Below are positions 1 through 8,985 of a stretch of 24,087 nt of DNA, one piece after another. The first letter of the stretch is position 1; each line of letters starts with the position of its first letter. Origin of the DNA: a virus (lineage: Duplodnaviria > Caudoviricetes); IMG/VR virus record IMGVR_UViG_3300025502_001857, positions 1 through 24,087 of that record; one strand, given 5' to 3'. Both the position numbers and the translations under genes were made by a program. A model generated the notes under the pieces. It was not told the origin of the DNA. It searched no databases and saw only the letters and a program-made list of their open reading frames with translations.

Positions 1-300
1 AAGATTGCTTTTTGGGTAGCACAATACCAGCCCAAGTTCTTTTATGTGAACACACTGTTTGATCCAGACTATTTCAATGTGCAGACACTGCCCAAGCAGG
101 TAAAAAATATAATAAATTCCAGATACAGCATGCTGACCGACTTTCAGCCCACACTGAGATTTATGAATTCAGCTGACAGAGACACAGCACAGATGCGTGA
201 ACAGAGAAAGGCAAGAATACTGCAAACAGACCAGTACAGGAAAGAAAATTTTGGCGAAGTGTTCCCCCTTTTAAATAACGTATTGGAGATATATGACTAG
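1..300 (+). CDS. 5'-partial protein, probably C-terminus of a phage radical SAM protein
   Basis: Frame 1 is open from base 1 (KIAFWVAQYQPKFFYVNTLFDPDYF...). The C-terminus 'TDQYRKENFGEVFPLL' resembles ends of phage radical SAM proteins. The Cys motif is not in the window. Confidence 0.45.
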   Translation, partial: KIAFWVAQYQPKFFYVNTLFDPDYFNVQTLPKQVKNIINSRYSMLTDFQPTLRFMNSADRDTAQMREQRKARILQTDQYRKENFGEVFPLLNNVLEIYD

Positions 301-1090
301 GACACTGTTAGCGGGCGGATGCTCATTCACATACGGATCAGAGTTGTCAGATGACAATCAAGGCAAGTCTTCATCCAACAAGACCTGGTCCGCGGGATTG
401 AGCAACTCGGTGGGTGCCAACTATTTCTGTACAGCACGAGTGGGAGCAGGCAACGCAGGTATTGCTCGCAGAGTGTTCAACTACATTGCAAACACAAAAG
501 AGGAATGTTTCGTCACAGTGATGTGGAGTTTCTGTTCTCGTTATGATTGGGCCATGCCTCGCAACAGAGTGTTGGAAGACACTCGCTGGGCCACCATAAC
601 ACCCTGGGACACAGAACACAATCAAGCAGAAGTGGCAGAGAAGCTCGCAGGCAGTGAAGCAGTGTTGGAAGATTTCAAAAGAAGGAGAGCAGAATACAGT
701 GAAACTGGCGTAGGACCATTCGCTGATGCTCTGTATCGCCACGCCGCAAATCGTTACCACGAGACCTATCTGAGCTGGAAAAGCATTGTGTGGCTACAGC
801 ACATACTGGAAAAGCGTAAGATACCCTACATGTTCACACTGGCGGACAACACTCTGTTCTATGATGAGTTCACACCATTGTGGGAAGAAGATGCCCTGAT
901 GCGAGCCATGCATTCTGAGATTGATTTTACCAAATGGTTCACGTTTGGAGAACGACACATGGGATTCAACCAATGGGCATTGATGAACGAGTATCCCAGA
1001 GCCACCACACATCCGCTTGACTCAGCACACACAGATGCTGTACAATTAATGTTGCCAACATTTACAAAACTTTATAACCAAGGAGCATGA
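293..1090 (+). CDS. SGNH/GDSL-like hydrolase-fold protein
   Basis: N-terminal LAGGCSFTYG (block I-like), GAGN (block II-like), C-terminal HP...H motif (THPLDSAH). Confidence 0.6.
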   Translation: MTRTLLAGGCSFTYGSELSDDNQGKSSSNKTWSAGLSNSVGANYFCTARVGAGNAGIARRVFNYIANTKEECFVTVMWSFCSRYDWAMPRNRVLEDTRWATITPWDTEHNQAEVAEKLAGSEAVLEDFKRRRAEYSETGVGPFADALYRHAANRYHETYLSWKSIVWLQHILEKRKIPYMFTLADNTLFYDEFTPLWEEDALMRAMHSEIDFTKWFTFGERHMGFNQWALMNEYPRATTHPLDSAHTDAVQLMLPTFTKLYNQGA

Positions 1091-1091
1091 C

Positions 1092-1196
1092 ATGATACAA
1101 TGGATTAAAAATTTATACCATAAGATTCAACAAGAATTAAAGTATAGAAAAAGGTTAAAAGAACTTAAGAAAAAAGATCCTTTTATTTACAAATAG
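1092..1196 (+). CDS. Small basic 34-aa peptide (MIQWIKNLYHKIQQELKYRKRLKELKKKDPFIYK), not in ORF track
   Basis: ATG at 1092 to TAG at 1194-1196, AGGAG SD at 1081-1085; fills the gap exactly with 1 nt to each neighbour. Confidence 0.75.
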   Translation: MIQWIKNLYHKIQQELKYRKRLKELKKKDPFIYK

Positions 1197-1197
1197 G

Positions 1198-1380
1198 ATG
1201 ACCGCATATTACGTTATAGAAGGCACACATCTAGATCCCAACGACAAGAGCACGATGGATTTTTCCACTGTACAACAGTACGGTCCAATGAGTCCGGACG
1301 AAGCCAACAAGTTGGCCAAAACGTTGATACAACAGAACATCGACAATTACTATCATAGAGCGTGGGTGATCACAGAATGA
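1198..1380 (+). CDS. Small hypothetical protein, DUF4170-like
   Basis: 60 aa; pattern YGP..EA......Q..DN..HR resembles DUF4170 from memory. Stop overlaps next start (ATGA). Confidence 0.5.
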   Translation: MTAYYVIEGTHLDPNDKSTMDFSTVQQYGPMSPDEANKLAKTLIQQNIDNYYHRAWVITE

Positions 1381-2864
1381 GGATACTAGGAATAAACTGT
1401 TTGAATCACAATGCCGCAATGGCAGTGGTAGACGGCTCTGAGATACTGTGGGCCGCACACTCAGAACGCTATTCTAAAATTAAAAACGATCATTATCTCA
1501 ATCAAGCGATTGTGGATGAAGCCTTGACCCACGGTCCTTTTGACAAAATAGTATATTATGAAAAACCCTGGAACAAGAAACGTAGACAGTTCAGTGCAGG
1601 ACAATACTCAGAAGTGTTTCAATTGGGTAATCTTCCCTCACAGCATCTACGACAGTTTGGCATTAAAATAGACGAGTATGTGGATCACCATCACTCACAC
1701 GCCGCGGGCAGTTACTTTACATCACCGTTCACAGATGCAATGGTGCTGTGTGTGGATGCCATAGGCGAATGGGAAACCATGACTCTGTGGAAAGGCCACG
1801 GCAAAAGATTAGAGAAATTGGATTCACTGCGTTACCCACATTCTGTGGGACTGTTGTATTCGGCATTCACACAGAGATGCGGATTAAAACCCTGTGAAGA
1901 AGAATATATTCTAATGGGTATGTCTGCATACGGTGAGACCAAATACAGAGATGCTATCTATCAGGACCTTATAGATTTTAAGACTTTTAAATTAAAAAGA
2001 AATCTACACAGAGGCATGGGAGATTGGATGCCAGGCGCTGATCCCATGGATCTTGCCGCTTCCATACAGAAAGTCACAGAAGAATTATTGTTGCAAATGT
2101 GGAAATGGAGCACATCATTTATACCACGTGGACAACGAGCAGTGAGTCGGTTCGGCGAATCACGAAATCTATGTTATGGTGGAGGTGTGGCTCTCAACTG
2201 TGTGGCCAATGCTGTGCTGATGAATCAAGGAGTGTATGACGACTGTTGGATTATGCCAAACCCAGGTGATGCAGGCTCTTCATTGGGCTGTATAGCCGCT
2301 TCTCAGAAGAAACATTTAAAATGGCGTACTCCTTTCTTGGGCTACAACATCGAGGGAGAATATCCGGTGGATGCACTGATCAAAGAATTAACCGAAAACA
2401 AAATGGTAGGAGTGGCCTCAGGCAGAGCAGAATTTGGACCACGAGCACTTGGTAATAGATCACTGCTGGCAGACCCCAGAGGACCAGAAATCAAAGACAC
2501 AGTGAACCGCATCAAACGCAGACAGGAGTTCCGACCATTTGCACCAGCCATACTGGAAGAGGATGTACATGAGTATTTTGCCATGCCTAAAGGCGTTAAA
2601 AGAGCCCCCTATATGCAATACACAGCGGCGTACACGCATGGTAATGACTGTCCTGCCATACTACACTGCGATGGAACAAGTCGGGTGCAAACTGTTAATA
2701 AGACGGATAATCCAGGGTTCTATGAGCTACTGACACAGTGGAAAAAACGGACCGGTTGTCCCATACTGCTGAATACCAGCCTGAACATCAAAGGCGAACC
2801 CATAGTGAACGATAAAACGGATGCAAAACGATTTGAAACCAAATATAATGTAAGGGTACTATGA
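1377..2864 (+). CDS. NodU/CmcH/TobZ-family O-carbamoyltransferase
   Basis: MRILGIN start (ATGA overlap at 1377), SERYS..K, HHHSHAA, DAIGE, GGVALN, PGDAG, EFGPRALGNRS, FRPFAP, DGTSRVQTV, NTSLN. Confidence 0.95.
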   Translation: MRILGINCLNHNAAMAVVDGSEILWAAHSERYSKIKNDHYLNQAIVDEALTHGPFDKIVYYEKPWNKKRRQFSAGQYSEVFQLGNLPSQHLRQFGIKIDEYVDHHHSHAAGSYFTSPFTDAMVLCVDAIGEWETMTLWKGHGKRLEKLDSLRYPHSVGLLYSAFTQRCGLKPCEEEYILMGMSAYGETKYRDAIYQDLIDFKTFKLKRNLHRGMGDWMPGADPMDLAASIQKVTEELLLQMWKWSTSFIPRGQRAVSRFGESRNLCYGGGVALNCVANAVLMNQGVYDDCWIMPNPGDAGSSLGCIAASQKKHLKWRTPFLGYNIEGEYPVDALIKELTENKMVGVASGRAEFGPRALGNRSLLADPRGPEIKDTVNRIKRRQEFRPFAPAILEEDVHEYFAMPKGVKRAPYMQYTAAYTHGNDCPAILHCDGTSRVQTVNKTDNPGFYELLTQWKKRTGCPILLNTSLNIKGEPIVNDKTDAKRFETKYNVRVL

Positions 2865-3193
2865 AGATAGAAGGAAAATTCAATGTGGGTGGAGAAGTTG
2901 TCAAGCAGGATGAACGTTATGTTGTCAGCGACAACCGACTGCTCAAGAATCTGATTGTGAGCAGTACTCGGTTAAACCCTGGTAAGGAGACCACAGGTCA
3001 TCGACACGAGGGACAGGAAGAAGTGTACATGTTCATAGAAGGAACAGGAGAGATGCTGTTGGATGAAAAAAGATTTGCTGTTAAAGCAGGAGACATAGTC
3101 CTCATAGAGGATGACGTATTCCATCGAGTGTACAACACCGGCGAACAGGAATTGTATTTCGTCTGTGTGTTTGACGGCCAAAGGAGGCATTAA
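2861..3193 (+). CDS. Cupin-domain protein
   Basis: GHRHEGQEEVYMFIEGTG and GDIVLI...FHRVYN cupin motifs; ATGA overlap with upstream gene. Confidence 0.9.
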   Translation: MKIEGKFNVGGEVVKQDERYVVSDNRLLKNLIVSSTRLNPGKETTGHRHEGQEEVYMFIEGTGEMLLDEKRFAVKAGDIVLIEDDVFHRVYNTGEQELYFVCVFDGQRRH

Positions 3194-3195
3194 TT

Positions 3196-4194
3196 TTGAA
3201 GATATTGGTAACAGGCGGAGAAGGATTTATTGGATCACACATCGTAGAACGATTGTGTGAGTTGAAGCATCAGGTGATCACTCTGGACAATCATGACACA
3301 TATGGTTTGTTGACCGCAGACGAGTTGAGTAAAACGCATCGTTGGAGACAGAGAAATTGGGCTCCGCAGGTACTGAGATATCGAGGAACAGTTACATCTC
3401 AGGACACACTGTTAAGGGTGTTCAGCCACAAACCTGATGTGGTGATACATCTTGCTTCTTACCCACGAGCAAAATTAGTCAACAACAATCCTCTGCTGGG
3501 AGTGAACAACATCGTGGATGGCACCATAAATCTACTACAGCACTGCAAGAATTTTAGAACCAAGAGATTCGTGTTTGTATCGTCGTCGATGATATATGGT
3601 CATTTTGAAGATGGCGTGAAAGAGAATGCAAGGACCAAACCCATCAACATCTACGGTGAAGCCAAATTGGCCGCAGAACGATTCTGCAAACATTTCCAAC
3701 AATTTTCAGATGTGGAATACACAATAGCTCGACCATCGGGAGTGTACGGTCCCGGTGATATACCGGATAGAGTGGTAACTAAATTTTATGACCAAGCAGT
3801 GAAGCACCAAGACATCACGGTACACAAAGGCATCAATGCTGTGGACTTTACATATGTAACCGATGCCGCAGAAGGTATCATACAGTGTGCTGTACATCCG
3901 AGTGCGGCCAATCTAAGTTTCAACATATCTTCGGGAGAAGGCACACAGTTGACAACGCTGGCAGAACACATAGTATCTATCACAGACAGCAAGAGCAAGA
4001 TCGAAGTGGCGGGTAGAAATGCATTATATCCTGCTCGTGGTGCTCTAGACATAACTCGAGCAACGGATATTTTAGGATATCAACCAAAAGTGGCACTGTT
4101 GAAAGGATTGAACAACTATCATGATTGGATGACGGAGTTCGATCTATCAGTCAAAGAGGATGTCGCAGAGATTAAAACAGGTGACACATGGTGA
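3196..4194 (+). CDS. NAD-dependent nucleotide-sugar epimerase/dehydratase (extended SDR)
   Basis: TGGEGFIGS, HLAS, SSS, YGEAK (YxxxK), VYGPG, DFTYV; TTG start with AGGAGG at 3182-3187. Confidence 0.93.
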   Translation: MKILVTGGEGFIGSHIVERLCELKHQVITLDNHDTYGLLTADELSKTHRWRQRNWAPQVLRYRGTVTSQDTLLRVFSHKPDVVIHLASYPRAKLVNNNPLLGVNNIVDGTINLLQHCKNFRTKRFVFVSSSMIYGHFEDGVKENARTKPINIYGEAKLAAERFCKHFQQFSDVEYTIARPSGVYGPGDIPDRVVTKFYDQAVKHQDITVHKGINAVDFTYVTDAAEGIIQCAVHPSAANLSFNISSGEGTQLTTLAEHIVSITDSKSKIEVAGRNALYPARGALDITRATDILGYQPKVALLKGLNNYHDWMTEFDLSVKEDVAEIKTGDTW

Positions 4195-4433
4195 AAAATA
4201 CATTAAAATTTTTAATTTTTAATCACGGACTACTAATTATAATAGGATTGTTTATATACAGTTTTTTTAATTTTACAAGCTGGATACAGACATTGTTGGG
4301 CATGTCTATGGTAGGTTTATTAATGAAACAATATTCTCAATATCTTATTATTGAAAGAATTAAAAAGGAAAGTAACAACATTAAAAAAATTAATCATATT
4401 CTAGAACAAGATCAAAATAGAATGGGTTGGTGA
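4188..4433 (+). CDS. Small membrane protein (two hydrophobic segments)
   Basis: 81 aa with hydrophobic FLIFNHGLLIIIGLFIYSFF and WIQTLLGMSMVGLL followed by a charged tail; overlaps both neighbours by 7 nt. Confidence 0.55.
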   Translation: MVKNTLKFLIFNHGLLIIIGLFIYSFFNFTSWIQTLLGMSMVGLLMKQYSQYLIIERIKKESNNIKKINHILEQDQNRMGW

Positions 4434-5728
4434 TGTTTGACTGTGTGAAGGTAAATTTTCCTCGTTCCGACAGTAGTAACTTTTGGTATAATAAAGAAAT
4501 ACCTTTTGTTGACAATTATCTCACAGTAATAAAATCAATCATAAACGATATAAAAACGAGCCATTTTTGGTTGGTTGCATCTTTTGTAGATGTGTCTGGG
4601 TTTGATTTTGATTACATACCAGAACAGTTTGAACAAAAGCAAATACATTGCTGGTATAACAACGATAACAAAGAAGGTAATGTATTATTAATTCCACGCG
4701 ATAAATTATTAGAACAATTAAACTCTTTGAAATTTTTAAGAGATTATAAAGATGTTAATTACCATTCTTCAGATAGCATAGTAGATCCGGATCTATCCAC
4801 AATACACTTCGATCTACAAGATCCTGTAGAAAGTTATAATTGTGCAGGAAAAAGTTTTTACAATTGGTTTGTTAATAAAGATTTGATCGATATTAGTTTG
4901 CCTAAATTTTTTCCAAGTTTTTGGGATGACGTTAAATTGTATACGTTTGGAAAAACTAAAGACATACAACTAATACCGTATAAAGAATCTGTAAAGCAAT
5001 TTTATGATTATGATAGACAAGTGAACATACCACATGATTATTCTGTACAGGATATGGATGTAATCTTTATATCCTACGATGAGCCCAGTGCTGAACAGAG
5101 ATTTAAAGATTTACAAATCAAAGTACCTCGTGCTAAGTGGGTTAAAAATGTGCAAGGACAAACCGAAGCATATCATACCGCGGCGAAACAGTGTGAGACA
5201 GCATATTTTTTTGCTGTATTTCCTAAACTAGAGATTGTAGATTCGTTTAATTTTGATTTTCAACCTGACAGATTAAAAAATGCTTGTCATTATATTTTTA
5301 ATTGTCGTAATCCTGTTAATGGGTTAGAATACGGACATGGTGCTGTTCTACTATACAATAAAAAAATAACATTACAAACAACCAATCCAGGATTGGATTT
5401 TACTCTTAGTGCTCCTCATACAGATGCTCCTATATTAAGTGCTATTAATCATTTTAACGAAACTCCGTGGTTAAGTTGGCGTACTGCCTTCCGTGAAGTA
5501 TTAAAGTTGAAACAAATAAACGACAGAACGTCTACAGTAGAATCACAGTTTAGATTAAAGAAGTGGTGTTCGGCAGGCACGGGTAAAAATGCTGAATATT
5601 GTTTACAAGGTGCACAAGATGCAACCCAGTACTATGATGAACACAAAGATAATCAGGATAAACTACAACTGAGCTATGATTTTCAATGGCTAAAGGAATA
5701 TTATGAAAGAAAATATGTTCGGGTCTAA
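4427..5728 (+). CDS. Glycosyltransferase-like (GT-A-like) protein with internal repeats
   Basis: C-terminal half MDVIFISYDEP...AYHTAAK..TAYFFAV...NPVNGLEYGHGAV...WRTAFRE resembles phage GT-like proteins; no DxD at the expected site. Confidence 0.55.
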   Translation: MVMFDCVKVNFPRSDSSNFWYNKEIPFVDNYLTVIKSIINDIKTSHFWLVASFVDVSGFDFDYIPEQFEQKQIHCWYNNDNKEGNVLLIPRDKLLEQLNSLKFLRDYKDVNYHSSDSIVDPDLSTIHFDLQDPVESYNCAGKSFYNWFVNKDLIDISLPKFFPSFWDDVKLYTFGKTKDIQLIPYKESVKQFYDYDRQVNIPHDYSVQDMDVIFISYDEPSAEQRFKDLQIKVPRAKWVKNVQGQTEAYHTAAKQCETAYFFAVFPKLEIVDSFNFDFQPDRLKNACHYIFNCRNPVNGLEYGHGAVLLYNKKITLQTTNPGLDFTLSAPHTDAPILSAINHFNETPWLSWRTAFREVLKLKQINDRTSTVESQFRLKKWCSAGTGKNAEYCLQGAQDATQYYDEHKDNQDKLQLSYDFQWLKEYYERKYVRV

Positions 5729-6827
5729 TTCTAGAAACATTAAAATACCATTTACAGATTTATATGCTCAATACAAAGAAGCAAAAAATGATATAGACAC
5801 TGCTATTAAAAATATATTAGAAACGTCAAGTTTTATTACTGGTCCTCTTGTAGATCGCTTTGAAACAGAAATGACAGCATACACAGAAGCAGAATCTTGT
5901 GCTTCTGTTGGGTCAGGCACAAACGCTCTCATATGCTCTTTGAGAGCCACAATCAAACCAGGTGACGAAGTAATAACCACAGCACACACATTTGTGAGTA
6001 CTACAGAGTCTATTGTTCTAGCAGGCGGTATTCCGGTGTTTGTAGACATCGGAGACTATTATCATATTGATATCAAATCCATTGAATCTGCCGTAACCAA
6101 CAAGACTCGAGCAATACTGTTTGTGGACTTGTACGGACAAACACCCGACATAGATGCTCTTGTAGAGTTGGCTAACAGACACAATCTATTTTTAATAGAG
6201 GATGCGGCGCAATCATTTGGTAGCAGTTATAAAAATAAAAAAATTGGATCTTTGGTAGATCTTACTTGTTTCAGTTTTAATCCGGTGAAAAATTTAGGGG
6301 CTATAGGTGATGCTGGTATGGTCACCGGTAAAAAGTATCTAATCGATCAAGTTAAAATGTACAGAGATCACGGCAGGTCTAGTAGATATCAATATGACGA
6401 AGTTGGATATAATATGAGGATTGACAATATACAAGCAATGGTAATATTAGAAAAATTAAAATATTTAAAAGGATGGACAGAAAAAAAACAAAAAATTTGT
6501 CGTTATTATTCACAACAACTATCAGGAGTAGTGCAAGTGCCGATTGAAAACACAGAGAGTGAACACACTTATTATGTGTATGTAATTCGTGCCACACATA
6601 GAGACGAGTTACAGAATTTCCTACAACAAAAAGGCATACAGACTAATATACATTACAGGAATCCTACTCACAGAACACCCGCATATGAAAAATATGTAAC
6701 AACCCCATTAAAAATAACAGAAGAAGTGTGTGACAGTATACTCAGTCTGCCTTGTTATCATACTTTAACAAAAGAAAATCAACAATATATTATTGACAGC
6801 ATTAAGGAGTTTTATGATCAACGTTAG
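5715..6827 (+). CDS. DegT/DnrJ/EryC1/StrS PLP-dependent sugar aminotransferase
   Basis: IPFTDL, SGTNAL, PGDEVIT, EDAAQS, FSFNPVKNLGAIGDAG (PLP Lys), LSLP. Start could be 5703 or 5715. Confidence 0.95.
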   Translation: MFGSNSRNIKIPFTDLYAQYKEAKNDIDTAIKNILETSSFITGPLVDRFETEMTAYTEAESCASVGSGTNALICSLRATIKPGDEVITTAHTFVSTTESIVLAGGIPVFVDIGDYYHIDIKSIESAVTNKTRAILFVDLYGQTPDIDALVELANRHNLFLIEDAAQSFGSSYKNKKIGSLVDLTCFSFNPVKNLGAIGDAGMVTGKKYLIDQVKMYRDHGRSSRYQYDEVGYNMRIDNIQAMVILEKLKYLKGWTEKKQKICRYYSQQLSGVVQVPIENTESEHTYYVYVIRATHRDELQNFLQQKGIQTNIHYRNPTHRTPAYEKYVTTPLKITEEVCDSILSLPCYHTLTKENQQYIIDSIKEFYDQR

Positions 6828-7698
6828 TCTATTAGGTGCCGGGTATTGGGGTTCTAAAATATCCACGGAGTTAAAAAAAATAAACGGAGTTGAAGAAACT
6901 GAAATTGTAGACATCAAAGATGGCAAAACTATAGATGATATTAAATTTAACAATGTGATAGTGGCAACACCTGCATGGGATCATTACCGGCAAACACTAG
7001 AACTGCTGGATAAGGGCAAAAATTTATATGTAGAGAAGCCGTTAGCATCAACACACAATGAGTGTGTAGAAATTTCTAGACATATTAAAAATCAAACATT
7101 AATGGTAGGGCATATTTTTCTTTACAACGATAGATTACGTAAAATAAAAGAGATTATCGACAGTGGAACAATCGGAGATATCAAATATATTGAATCCAAC
7201 CGATTAAACTGGGGTAGATTTCAAAAAAAAATTAGCACACTATTAAGTCTTGCACCACACGATATGAGCATCATAGCTTATATACTCGGAGATTATGAAT
7301 TAGTTAATGCACAACACAAAGGAGTTAATATTACTACCGAGTATCCACAAACTGATGTTGACACCTATCAATTTCAGTATAAAGGAGTTGATGTTAAATT
7401 TAATTTGAGTTGGTATTATCCTGAAAAAATAAGAACAATGGCATTTATTGGATCTAAAGGCATGATCAGTTGGGACGAAGAAAATAAAAGTATTAAAGTA
7501 ATAACAGATGTATGGAAAGACAACTGGATGAATTACAGTCCTTCGATACAAATTTTAAATGTGGAGTCCAATCCTTTGCAAAACGAATTAAAGGATTTTG
7601 TAGATTGTGTTATAGAAAAAAAACAACCTATAAGTAATATTAATTGTGCTTTAATAGTTGCTAAAAATTTAGATCTTCTTAAAAGTCTTATCCATTAG
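6814..7698 (+). CDS. Gfo/Idh/MocA family oxidoreductase
   Basis: GAGYWG, ATP..H, VEKP, LAPHD; ATG at 6814 preceded by AAGGAG. Confidence 0.92.
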   Translation: MINVSLLGAGYWGSKISTELKKINGVEETEIVDIKDGKTIDDIKFNNVIVATPAWDHYRQTLELLDKGKNLYVEKPLASTHNECVEISRHIKNQTLMVGHIFLYNDRLRKIKEIIDSGTIGDIKYIESNRLNWGRFQKKISTLLSLAPHDMSIIAYILGDYELVNAQHKGVNITTEYPQTDVDTYQFQYKGVDVKFNLSWYYPEKIRTMAFIGSKGMISWDEENKSIKVITDVWKDNWMNYSPSIQILNVESNPLQNELKDFVDCVIEKKQPISNINCALIVAKNLDLLKSLIH

Positions 7699-8028
7699 TT
7701 TGGCTGTCTTGGACTGCATATCTTCTCGCAATCGCGGAACATCAAATTTTAAATCCACTGTCTGTATGTTGTTGTAATTTTTTTTAATGTACGATTTTAC
7801 AGCTCTTGCAACGACATTCTGTGACTTGCTTTTTAAATCTTTTTCAATGTCTATGTGTACGGTGAGTTTATTTTTGAGCACTATGTCGCACCATTTAACA
7901 TAACGAATGGGCATGTTCGTAAAGGTGAGGCCCTCTAATATTTCGGGCCATTCCCTTACAAATTCCTGTGTGAGCTGAACCCAGGTTTTTTTACTTTTTG
8001 GACTTGGTTGCTTTGGGTTTAGCGGCAT
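7669..8028 (-). CDS. Hypothetical phage protein
   Basis: Open frame, probable ATG at 8028 (MPLNPK...WPEILEGL...); converges on and overlaps the Gfo/Idh/MocA gene. Confidence 0.6.
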   Translation of the reverse strand: MPLNPKQPSPKSKKTWVQLTQEFVREWPEILEGLTFTNMPIRYVKWCDIVLKNKLTVHIDIEKDLKSKSQNVVARAVKSYIKKNYNNIQTVDLKFDVPRLREDMQSKTAKLMDKTFKKI

Positions 8029-8524
8029 CTGATTCTTTTTTGGTCTCAGTTTTTTTTGCTGTTTTTGGTTGATCCAACAAAGAGAGTTCGTCGACACTGA
8101 TGCCTTTTTCTTTAGCAATTATTTCGTTTAATTCATCCAAAGGCACTTCGCCTGCGGCCCCTACTCCCATTGTAACAATCACTTTTTCAGTGGGCCTTTT
8201 TTTAATGAAATTGCCTTGATGTAAAAACGGCAGTATTTCTATACCATCTGTGAACCTGGATTTCATAAGATGATGACCCAGTTCAAATGCTGATTGACCT
8301 TCTGCACTTTCTAGAGCCTTCATGAATGTGACCTGATAATTTTCATCTAAAAATTTTGGACCAATTACAAGACAGTTTTTAGGCTCTCCCGGAACTGTTC
8401 TAAAAATAATAGCAACAGCGGCACCGCCATCTTTTAGTTTACCTACGTGTTTGATTTTTTTTCTGTTAGAATTTATAGTTTCTGTAGTTCCTACAGAATC
8501 CATCGGCATCATTGGTTGTACCAT
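7991..8524 (-). CDS. Hypothetical phage protein
   Basis: 177 aa, GGAG SD upstream, globular core (KHVG...FRTVPGEP) and Lys-rich tail. Confidence 0.75.
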   Translation of the reverse strand: MVQPMMPMDSVGTTETINSNRKKIKHVGKLKDGGAAVAIIFRTVPGEPKNCLVIGPKFLDENYQVTFMKALESAEGQSAFELGHHLMKSRFTDGIEILPFLHQGNFIKKRPTEKVIVTMGVGAAGEVPLDELNEIIAKEKGISVDELSLLDQPKTAKKTETKKESDAAKPKATKSKK

Positions 8525-8533
8525 TTTACTCTC

Positions 8534-8863
8534 CTATTTTCCAGTAGGTATTGGTGCTTGTTCAGCCCCGTCTTTACCTACTACTGGTTGTTCTGCCGGT
8601 GTATCCGTTGGTGCTACTCGGGCTAAAAATGCCGACAATTTATTGAACATCACTCCCACAGTTGCCATCTCGTTTGCTCTGAAGGCACCTCTAGTAGAAG
8701 CAACATCAATTATTGTTGCTAAATTTTTTAAATCTGCGATGGACAGATCAGCACCTGGTTGTCCTGCCGCTGGTGCAGTGTTCGGTGCGGTTGTAGAAGC
8801 AGATGCAGTAGAGGCCGTCGCCGCCGCTGTTTCTTTCTTCTTGTCTTTTTTCTTGGTTGCCAT
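8534..8863 (-). CDS. Hypothetical phage protein
   Basis: AAGGAG SD; helical core DLSIADLKNLATIIDVASTRGAFRANEMATVG flanked by Ala/Pro/Thr-rich low-complexity arms. Confidence 0.8.
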   Translation of the reverse strand: MATKKKDKKKETAAATASTASASTTAPNTAPAAGQPGADLSIADLKNLATIIDVASTRGAFRANEMATVGVMFNKLSAFLARVAPTDTPAEQPVVGKDGAEQAPIPTGK

Positions 8864-8878
8864 GTTGTTAGTTTCTCC

Positions 8879-8913
8879 TTAATTGCAATTAATTATAATA
8901 TACGTATATTATA
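8879..8913. repeat. Two adjacent perfect palindromes
   Basis: TTAATTGCAATTAA (8879-8892, 14 bp) and TATAATATACGTATATTATA (8894-8913, 20 bp). Confidence 0.85.
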
Positions 8914-8937
8914 CTACTATGTAATTATGGATGTCAA
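8908..8937 (-). promoter_or_regulatory. Sigma70-type promoter TTGACA-N18-TATAAT
   Basis: Perfect -35 (8932-8937) and -10 (8908-8913) on the minus strand in the intergenic gap upstream of 8863. Confidence 0.75.
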
Positions 8938-8985
8938 TTAAACAGTTTGGCGTTTATGAGCCTATCTTTTGGTAAAATGGGTATG

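Noticed and set aside
8451-8882. 143-aa + strand ORF
   Set aside because: Antisense shadow of the Ala-rich gene 8534-8863, which has the SD and promoter.
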